Source: Bdellovibrionota bacterium | GTDB taxonomy: Bacteria > Bdellovibrionota_C > UBA2361 > OMIW01 | DNA length: 31,940 nucleotides | NCBI GenBank assembly: GCA_044345055.1 | Contig: JBIJBT010000029.1 | Coordinates: 1-31,940 of the forward strand | Reading direction: 5' to 3' | Shown: positions 1-7,505 of the stretch, piece after piece | Layout: the number at the start of each line of letters is the position of its first letter | Position numbering within the stretch: position 1 is the first letter of the stretch | Translations under genes and position numbers: made by a program | Notes under the pieces: generated by a model | What the model was told of the DNA's origin: nothing | Databases searched by the model: none | What the model saw: the letters and a program-made list of their open reading frames with translations, nothing else

Positions 1-2
1 AG

Positions 3-434
3 TGGTGCGATTCCTATTTTTATCTTCCTCATCGCGGAGAGGCTCGGGGTATCGGGGGGATTTTCTACGATTACCTCGGGCGAGATTCTCTCGAAGATCT
101 TCGTGATGGAGCCGCACTCACCGAGCGGCTCGGATTCGGCCTTTCCTCGTGCTATATACCGATAGTAGAAAAGCGGAAGGATATGCCGTGGGGGGATACA
201 CATCGCACCTTTCAGGAGATTCGGCGGGGTCGCTACGTTGAGTTCAACCTGATGTACGATCGAGGCACCCAATTTGGACTCCAATCAGGGGGGCGTGTCG
301 AGTCGATCTTGGCCTCTCTGCCCCCTCGTGTACAATGGTCTTACGGTTTTGTGCCAGAACCCGGTTCAGAAGAAGAGAAGCTTATCGAAACAGTCCGCAA
401 TTCTCGGAACTGGCTCGCTGAGAAGGGAGAATAA
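3..434 (+). CDS. hemF: Oxygen-dependent coproporphyrinogen III oxidase, 3' part (5'-truncated by window edge)
   Basis: Frame is open from base 3: [23 protein letters not shown] ... [35 protein letters not shown], the HemF signature motifs. Confidence 0.97.
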   Translation, partial: [143 protein letters not shown]

Positions 435-549
435 AGATCTTAACCCTGTAGGATAGACCTTACAGATATTTCGACTTACCTGGTAGACGCCGAAAGCGGT
501 ACTGCACGCGCCTCCACAACATTACCCACCCACTTAAATAGAGGTCCGT

Positions 550-1083
550 GTGTTTTACCCAACCATTGAGGAAGCAACAAATCAAGCCGAGGGCGACTCT
601 TTCACCCTTAGAGTCTACCCGACGCTTTATGCACGATTTAGCCTAGCAGCGTTCTTTGTATTAGCGACAACCGCAGCCGTAATGATCGCATTTAAGGCGT
701 GTGGAGGTGAAGGCTCCTCTACCTGTCATCCAAATATCATCCGGGTTATCGGCCTAATTCCGATTGGCTTTCTGCTCTCGCTCCTCCATTTCCGTTTTGA
801 TAACGCTTACCTTTTTGATGATACAAATATCTACCGCGAGGAGGGTCGGGTATCGTTCCGTTTCAAAAGTCCATCGATTCGCTACGCTGACATTAAGGGA
901 ATAACTGTTTACCAAACGTTTTGGGGGCGAGTATTTAATTTTGGCTCAATAGAGCTTGGCACCGCAGCGACGGGCGGCAACGAATTAGTAATAACAAATG
1001 TTCGTGCACCTCACGAACTCTCAGAGCTTATCGAGGGATTTCAGCAGCTAAATATCAACCAAGATGATTGGAAGTCGCTCTAG
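550..1083 (+). CDS. Membrane protein with bacterial PH domain (bPH_2/YdbS-like)
   Basis: Two hydrophobic segments, then Y-x-F-x-x-T-x-I ... G ... IRYADIKGITVYQTFWGRVFNFGSIELGTA, the pattern typical of bPH_2. Confidence 0.8.
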   Translation: MFYPTIEEATNQAEGDSFTLRVYPTLYARFSLAAFFVLATTAAVMIAFKACGGEGSSTCHPNIIRVIGLIPIGFLLSLLHFRFDNAYLFDDTNIYREEGRVSFRFKSPSIRYADIKGITVYQTFWGRVFNFGSIELGTAATGGNELVITNVRAPHELSELIEGFQQLNINQDDWKSL

Positions 1084-1224
1084 CAGGGTGCTGAAAATGA
1101 TGTCGGTGTAGCCATATTTCACCACTCTCAATAGATTCCGTCTCCCTCAGAAGATTTTTGCGGCCCTCAAGCCTTCCACATTAAAAGCTGCGGCTGCGAG
1201 CCGTTCCCGCATAGAAGATGCAAC

Positions 1225-1668
1225 CTAGTCTTTCTCCCCGAAAAGGAGCCGGTGTACCTCGGCGATCACTCGTCGCTCCTCACTCTGCATCCCATCTTCA
1301 GCGAGCGCTATCTGTCGCAAAATATTCTCGATAGCGTGAAGCTGCGATACATCGAGCGATTCACGAAGCTGTTCAGCCGCATGCTCAATCGAAATCCCCT
1401 CAGGATTGCTAAGCGCCGCATCAAGTAACAATCCCGCCGATTGATTTGAAATTGCAAGCTCTTGATTCATCGACTCAAGTATCCGTCGAAACTCCTCTCG
1501 TCCCAAAAAACCATCAGCAATAGCAACCGCCGCACAAAGGGTGATGACAGCCCGCTGCGATGACGAAGAGAGACGATCTCCCCACTGATCAAATAGAAGG
1601 CTTACCTCCACATGACGTTGATGAGATGGACTAAATCCGAGGAGATTGAGAAAAAAATCTTTGAACAT
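1225..1668 (-). CDS. TerB family (tellurite resistance/DjlA N-terminal-like) protein
   Basis: AVAIADGFLGREE and IALAEDGMQSEERRVI are the two ADG-x-x-x-x-E motifs of TerB. ATG at 1668 preferred over the GTG at 1713. Confidence 0.82.
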   Translation of the reverse strand: MFKDFFLNLLGFSPSHQRHVEVSLLFDQWGDRLSSSSQRAVITLCAAVAIADGFLGREEFRRILESMNQELAISNQSAGLLLDAALSNPEGISIEHAAEQLRESLDVSQLHAIENILRQIALAEDGMQSEERRVIAEVHRLLFGEKD

Positions 1669-1971
1669 ATTAAAAAGTTCTCTTAAGTGAATCTCGAAAA
1701 GGGCCGTTAGCACCTATGAAAGTTTTATGGGTGCCCCTCAGGAAGAGGGGTGCGGCCCTCACCAAAGGGGGCACCATAGACCGGGTCGCAGAGCCCGATG
1801 AAGCTTTCGGCTTGAGCGAATGGAGTGAGGTCAATCTAAGTTTTCAGCCCCTGTGGCGAAAGATCTTAGTAAGAAGAGTTCACTAACTACCATTACGCTA
1901 TAGCCGCACCTTCAACCCGCCTGCTCCCCGATTTTATCCAGGATGGAACCGTTTTGAGAGGTGATGGGGGT

Positions 1972-2613
1972 ATGATAAAACTAGTTGTTGCCGACGACCA
2001 TATTGTTATTCGACAAGCTCTCTGTCAAATGCTCGAGGCTCGAGGAAAGTACGAGGTCATTGGACAGGCCTCGACTGGAGCAGAACTCCTCAGTGTGCTC
2101 GCATCTCACAAACCCGATGTGATTATCGTCGATGTTTGTATGCCAGAGCTCGGAGGTGTCGAAGCGCTCCAAGCTCTTTCTGAGCGAGAAACAGGAACAG
2201 TGCCAGCTCTTGTCCTTTCAGGGGATAGTCAGCCACGAAACGTAAAGGCCGCAATTCAGGCCGGCGCTCGAGGCTTTTTACCCAAGGATGTCGAGGTTCA
2301 GGAGATTGAATTTGCGATAGATACCGTGCTAAAGGGGAACACATACCTGAGCCCGAGTATCACGAAATCTTTCATAGACAATAGCGGACCGGCATCCGCA
2401 CCCCCAAATCCTCTCGAGGTTTTATCCGAGCGAGAACTGGAGGTGCTTCGTCTTCTAGCAGATGGCCGAGCAAACCGCCAAATCGGCAAACTCCTAGGCA
2501 TCAGCACCCGCACCGTAGACACCCACCGAAGCAATATCCTGAAGAAACTTGCCTTAAAAACTAATGCTGAGTTGGTTAAGGTGGCGATAGCTCGGGGGAT
2601 CGTTGCGGTTTAG
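1972..2613 (+). CDS. NarL/LuxR-family DNA-binding response regulator (no kinase adjacent)
   Basis: Receiver motifs ADDH, IIVDVCMP, LSG, FLPKD; LuxR HTH LSERELEVLRLLADG...ISTRTVDTHRSNILKKL. ATG at 1972 follows a purine-rich SD-like stretch. Confidence 0.95.
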   Translation: MIKLVVADDHIVIRQALCQMLEARGKYEVIGQASTGAELLSVLASHKPDVIIVDVCMPELGGVEALQALSERETGTVPALVLSGDSQPRNVKAAIQAGARGFLPKDVEVQEIEFAIDTVLKGNTYLSPSITKSFIDNSGPASAPPNPLEVLSERELEVLRLLADGRANRQIGKLLGISTRTVDTHRSNILKKLALKTNAELVKVAIARGIVAV

Positions 2614-2635
2614 TGGGGGGGGGGATTAGTTCGGG

Positions 2636-2672
2636 TAGTGAGGCCAATTTGTATGGGGAATTGGCCTTGCTG
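2636..2672 (+). terminator. Hairpin between convergent genes, possible terminator
   Basis: Perfect 9-bp inverted repeat AGGCCAATT (2641-2649)/AATTGGCCT (2659-2667), extendable with G-U pairs on the + strand. No U tract. Confidence 0.35.
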
Positions 2673-2691
2673 GAGTTGGATTGGGGTTTGG

Positions 2692-4197
2692 TTAAGAGGA
2701 CGGGGTGGGGTTTTCTGTGAAATAGGGGTGGTTTAGAGGTAGGAAGAGTTGTCCTTTACTTTTTACGGTGAATGTTCGATCTCTCTCGTTGATTTCGACG
2801 TCCTTGTTGATTTCGATCTGTGCCAACTCTGTTATATCGTAGCCATCCCCAACTATACCCACTTTAACCTCATAGAACTGATCAATGAGTTTCGAATCAA
2901 TCAATCCTTCTTCAAACTTCTGTGAACAAGGGTCGATGTACCATGAATCATCCGAGATTGCAGAAATTTTCATTTTTGACGCTGTATTCCCGTTATTAAA
3001 CCCTTCAGTTCGCTCCCTTTTCCAGCGTTCCTTAGTATAAGATAGAAATTCTTCCTTGGACTTTTCTCTATGGCTATATTGGTCAAAATCGTATAGTCTG
3101 TATTTGTCATTGAATTCTTCCGCCGAATCCTCGTTAGACCGACGATCCCCCCTCGCTGCAGTTTCACTTTCACTCGAACCCTCTGAAACGACCTCACTTA
3201 TTACACCGAAAGGTTCACTCCTGAACTGTTTCCGCAACCACGCCTTAACAAGCTCGACGTCATCGTCTTCTGTGCTTTTAATATTTACGTTTGCAGAATC
3301 CGCCTCTTCCGAAGGTGACACTTCTCTTCGTATAAATTGCGCTTTCTCATTAAGGAACCTAGAAAATTCACTAAGAGCATTTTCCGGAACCTGATCCTCA
3401 ACAGGGATATTTAATCTTGATGCTGGAAGTTCGCTTATATTAGGCTGCTCTTGCCAAACTCCCTGTCCTACTGACGCATTATCAGGACCCACCGTCGCCG
3501 GAACACCCGCCGGTTGTGGCTCTCCCACCCTTCGTGCTGACGGCGTAACGGCCTCAACTGTATCACCAGCTTCTGCATATTCTGGTCTCGGAACTCCTTC
3601 CGACGGTATCAACAAATCAGTAAATCGTTTTAATGGAGGCTCGACAAGTGAAGCAACCTGAACGAGATCGTTTACGTTACCCTTGTATTCGCTTGATATT
3701 TCGTCTTTATTAAGGAAATCAAGCAGTGCACTATTTTTTACTTCTTCACCTTTCTTGTAGAACTTGGTATCCGAATTATACACCAGCCCCTGAAGGCACG
3801 TCTTTACGGCTTCTGGATCATCCAACTCTCGAATAAAATCCCCCAGCAGTTTTGTTTTTCCTTCATCTAAAAGAACAAACGTGTTTGTAACGTCTTTTCC
3901 ACATAGATTAAGGTTTTTTAATTGCTCTCGATTCCAAACATTACTGGCGACTACCGTACTACCGTCTTTGCCTTCATGTTTGGGCAGAAATCCGTCGCTT
4001 CGCTTTTTTGTGAATAATTCACGCCTTTCAACCTCGCACTTAACAACCTCCAAAGCTACCGCTGCAGTATCAACCAATGCTACCAAATGCTCCTCAGGCG
4101 GGATCGATGGAGGCGAGAGAGTACCCACGACAGCCGCTCCTTCCTCAACCGCAGCACCCTCAACCCTCGCTTTCCCACCCGTCGGACCACCTACCAT
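2692..4197 (-). CDS. Hypothetical acidic, partly disordered protein (501 aa)
   Basis: Long ORF with GGGAG SD 8 nt before ATG; E/K/S/P-rich; no recognisable family. Confidence 0.75.
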   Translation of the reverse strand: MVGGPTGGKARVEGAAVEEGAAVVGTLSPPSIPPEEHLVALVDTAAVALEVVKCEVERRELFTKKRSDGFLPKHEGKDGSTVVASNVWNREQLKNLNLCGKDVTNTFVLLDEGKTKLLGDFIRELDDPEAVKTCLQGLVYNSDTKFYKKGEEVKNSALLDFLNKDEISSEYKGNVNDLVQVASLVEPPLKRFTDLLIPSEGVPRPEYAEAGDTVEAVTPSARRVGEPQPAGVPATVGPDNASVGQGVWQEQPNISELPASRLNIPVEDQVPENALSEFSRFLNEKAQFIRREVSPSEEADSANVNIKSTEDDDVELVKAWLRKQFRSEPFGVISEVVSEGSSESETAARGDRRSNEDSAEEFNDKYRLYDFDQYSHREKSKEEFLSYTKERWKRERTEGFNNGNTASKMKISAISDDSWYIDPCSQKFEEGLIDSKLIDQFYEVKVGIVGDGYDITELAQIEINKDVEINERDRTFTVKSKGQLFLPLNHPYFTENPTPSS

Positions 4198-4289
4198 CCC
4201 ACAACTCCCAAAAAAACTTCCCTACCACCCTAAAACACATCCCCGCCCAAGTTATGCCCCGCGTCACCCACAGTGTGCCCTACCGCCCG

Positions 4290-4772
4290 CTACTCCATCA
4301 ACGCCGGCCTGTGCAATCCGCGTTGAGCGGCCAAGGTCATCACTGTGCTACACGCCAACTCCAGACAGAGCAGGTCGCGGGGGCCTAATTTTATTCGGCG
4401 GCGTTCTTCTTCGGTGCGGCCGGTTACTATTCGGAGCCACGAAGTTTCTTCGCCACTTAAACGGCCCTGGGCGCCGGTTGGTTTGTCGCGGTATAGTTTA
4501 ATTAGGGCATCCGATTCGCCAGCTTCTTCGTTACCCTGAAGCACTACATTTTCATCCAGCGATTCGAATTCATATAGGAATGCTCGACAGGTTGCCCACA
4601 AACCACCTACAGCATCCAAGGGTATACAGAGATTTAGCGATCCTGGGGCTTGCGCGTCTTCGACACCATTTACGATCGGGATATAAAAAAATCTTAACCC
4701 CTCCGCTTCGGGAACCAATTGTAACCGTCCGAAAGACTTATTGATAAAAAATGTAATTCCACCAGTGTACAT
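4290..4772 (-). CDS. Hypothetical protein (160 aa)
   Basis: ATG-started ORF with globular composition, co-oriented with the flanking genes. Confidence 0.7.
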   Translation of the reverse strand: MYTGGITFFINKSFGRLQLVPEAEGLRFFYIPIVNGVEDAQAPGSLNLCIPLDAVGGLWATCRAFLYEFESLDENVVLQGNEEAGESDALIKLYRDKPTGAQGRLSGEETSWLRIVTGRTEEERRRIKLGPRDLLCLELACSTVMTLAAQRGLHRPALME

Positions 4773-4877
4773 AACCTTACTCTCTCAATAAATGGGTGGG
4801 CACTAAGCCAGCGGTGCAAAGGAAAAAAGAACCCACTCGCAATCACACCAATCCGGTGAAGTATAAAAGATGGTCTC

Positions 4878-4973
4878 AAAAAAGGGAACTGGTCGGTTTC
4901 GCATTCGGCTGAACTATTCTCGATATATCGGGGATAGTTCAGCACAAAATGGCCAAACCGAAAGAGAGTGCCC
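4878..4973 (-). terminator. Extended stem-loop followed by T6 downstream of the coupling-protein gene
   Basis: Core inverted repeat GCTGAACTAT (4908-4917)/ATAGTTCAGC (4934-4943); outer arms 4893-4899/4955-4961 and 4884-4890/4967-4973; A6 at 4878-4883 reads as U6 on the minus strand. Confidence 0.5.
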
Positions 4974-4986
4974 CTCCTACATCTGT

Positions 4987-7503
4987 TTACTCATCCTCTC
5001 CCCGTTGAGTCTGACCGCGGGGCTGAAGACGGAATCGCTCTCTTTTTTCGACACTTTTTGATTCTGAAACGTTTGATTCACCATCCTTTACTTCACGGTT
5101 CGGGGACTGATTGTTCGGTTTAGGCTGATTCTTCGGTCCCCCATCGCGAGAACCGCTTTCGCGCTGTTTTTCATCTCGCTTTTGATGCTGATTGCCCTTC
5201 GTCTTTTCAGAAGCGGTAGAGCGTTCACCGGTCTGTCGACCATTACCTGACTGATTCTCTTGATCTCGGCGTGGCTGACCTCGCTGCCCGGACTGCTCCC
5301 TCGACTTATCTTTTTTTGATTCAGGGCGTTGCACCTCTTGTCGACGAGCTGGGCCGTTGCCTCCCTCTTTATCGCGCTGGGGCTGCGCAACCGGCGCTGT
5401 TTTTACCGCCCCCGCCGATTCGCTTTTTTCGGCCGCCGGCTTTGCTTCATCCTCCTTGCTTGAGCTGCGCACTGGCCTTAAGACGGGCCGAGAGAATGAT
5501 GGGAGCGCCGCTCCGCGAGGCTTGCCCGGCATAATCCCGCCCCTTGGTGCATCCCCCCCACCGCTCCCAGGACGGCGAATACCTCCAGCTCCACGGCTCT
5601 GCCCTGACGAATCACCAGCACCGCGATACATCTGACCTTGAGGCCGCTGCATCGGCTGCCCACCACCAGAAACCGATTCCTGCTGCTCCTTAACAAAGAC
5701 CTGTTCATCAACCCAATCGGCAAGCCCAATCTCATCTTGCTCGAATCGCTCAAGCTGCGGCAGAAACTCTCGACCCTCCCACGTTTCAGGGAGCTCAGAA
5801 TTAAACCAAAAGGTTCGCCCCTTCACCGGCCGACCATCCCCGAGATCGAACCACGCCAACCCCTTTTCAGCGGCCATTTCGTGCTTCAACTCCTCGGAGC
5901 TAACAAGATCCTCTTCATCCTCAGAAAACGATATATTTTGAGATTCGTTGTCCGTCATCTTCGTTGAAAAATCGAGATGCCCCTTGAAGAAGTTTTGACT
6001 CTTACCGGTGGTAACGCCTGCACCGATCGATTTTTTCATCGTTGTTACTTTGCCGATCCACTCGGTCATATCCATCGCAGTGCGGTTATCCCCTATCCTC
6101 ATCATCACTTTCAGGTTCACGTTCGCCATGACCCGCTCGTAAAACGCCTCGCTCAACCCTATCGAGGCATCGGTGAGCCCCCCGGTCGACTGAGCACCAA
6201 AAAGCAGCGCAAAACGCCCCTTTCGGGCGAGCTCGAATAGGTTGGCCCAGGTCGGACCAAAGGTCGATGAGCCCTCGTCAATAATGACTAAATGTGGGTC
6301 TTCAAGATTGTATACCCGCGACGAGGTGATTTCGCCTATTGAAACCTCAAGATCTTCACGGAAAATCTTCACCATACGCGCGGCGCTTTCAGCTTCCTCA
6401 AGTCGGGGCAACATGAAGTAGATGATTTTGCCTCGCAAAATCGCATCAGTAAGAACCAGATCTGTGTGACGTGCGCAAAATACCGACCCCGCATCTCCCG
6501 CTGAGATAGAGTGAAGCTCCGAGGCGATTCCGCGCAAATTATCGGTTATTTTCCGCATGTCGAGCTGCCCCTTCATATCACGATAACTTGCCGCGAGATG
6601 ACCGAGCTCTACCATCGCCTGACGCGCACCAATTCGACTCAGAAGACTGCGCAATTGCGGATAAGCAACGTTGAATGTTGAGAGGGTAACTGCGACATCA
6701 CGAATAGACCACGCCAATCCCATACTCTCTAGCGCACGCACCACTCGGTAGATCGAATCTGACGCAAGCCTATCGTAGTGCTTCGTCGCGCTCTGATCGC
6801 TTGTTGGAGGCAATCCGGCTCGCAATACTTTCCTCGCCTTTACATCCGCCCTCTGATTTGTCATCACAAAGTTGTAGGCATGAATAGGATCGAATGGATC
6901 AATAACGATAAGATCCTCAATCCGTCCAGTATAGAGAGCCATTAAGATAATATGCGCGAGGGTTCCCGAGTCTCGCTTTGCATCGATAAAGGTTAATCCG
7001 CTTGCTCGTCCTCTCGCCATCTGCTGAAGCATCAGCGACTCAAGCCATAATGTTTTTCCGACACCTGTTTTCGCAAATACACAGCCGTGCGTGATTATAT
7101 CGTCATCGTCCACATAGAGCGGCTTACCGGTCTCAAGCTCGAACCCGACTAGGTACCTATCAACCACCTTCTTTCCGCGAGATTTTGCATCATTCACCAT
7201 CCGCTTTATCGCATCGCGTTGCGGAGGCATTCCGAGGACCGGCTTTCCTCGTCGACGGACACTCTCTTCACCTCGCTCACGCTCCACATTCGCGTACTGC
7301 GCCAGTCGACCAGCCGTTTGGCCGAATATCATCGCTGGCAACAAACCGAGCGCAGCAAGCAGTTGAGGAGGGAGCGCATCTCCTATTGGCGAGGCGCACA
7401 ACAATCCCATCGCAGCGGCAGCCCACGCGCTTTGATGGATCGAGCTTTTCCTGTCTTCGCTTCGAACCTGCTGAAAATCCTCTTTCTCAAATCGACGTGC
7501 CAT
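4987..7503 (-). CDS. Type IV coupling protein (VirD4/TraD/DotL-like ATPase) with long disordered C-terminal tail
   Basis: N-terminal hydrophobic segments; THGCVFAKTGVGKT (Walker A); FIDAKRD; IIYFMLPRLE; LVIIDEG (Walker B); LARKGRFALLFGAQS; ANVNLKVMMRIGD. Last ~230 aa are G/Q/R/E/K-rich. Confidence 0.88.
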   Translation of the reverse strand: MARRFEKEDFQQVRSEDRKSSIHQSAWAAAAMGLLCASPIGDALPPQLLAALGLLPAMIFGQTAGRLAQYANVERERGEESVRRRGKPVLGMPPQRDAIKRMVNDAKSRGKKVVDRYLVGFELETGKPLYVDDDDIITHGCVFAKTGVGKTLWLESLMLQQMARGRASGLTFIDAKRDSGTLAHIILMALYTGRIEDLIVIDPFDPIHAYNFVMTNQRADVKARKVLRAGLPPTSDQSATKHYDRLASDSIYRVVRALESMGLAWSIRDVAVTLSTFNVAYPQLRSLLSRIGARQAMVELGHLAASYRDMKGQLDMRKITDNLRGIASELHSISAGDAGSVFCARHTDLVLTDAILRGKIIYFMLPRLEEAESAARMVKIFREDLEVSIGEITSSRVYNLEDPHLVIIDEGSSTFGPTWANLFELARKGRFALLFGAQSTGGLTDASIGLSEAFYERVMANVNLKVMMRIGDNRTAMDMTEWIGKVTTMKKSIGAGVTTGKSQNFFKGHLDFSTKMTDNESQNISFSEDEEDLVSSEELKHEMAAEKGLAWFDLGDGRPVKGRTFWFNSELPETWEGREFLPQLERFEQDEIGLADWVDEQVFVKEQQESVSGGGQPMQRPQGQMYRGAGDSSGQSRGAGGIRRPGSGGGDAPRGGIMPGKPRGAALPSFSRPVLRPVRSSSKEDEAKPAAEKSESAGAVKTAPVAQPQRDKEGGNGPARRQEVQRPESKKDKSREQSGQRGQPRRDQENQSGNGRQTGERSTASEKTKGNQHQKRDEKQRESGSRDGGPKNQPKPNNQSPNREVKDGESNVSESKSVEKRERFRLQPRGQTQRGEDE

Positions 7504-7505
7504 CG

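Noticed and set aside
3881..4501. 206-aa + strand ORF, plus 3056-3394 and 4077-4388
   Set aside because: They overlap two better-supported minus-strand genes and have shadow-like composition.
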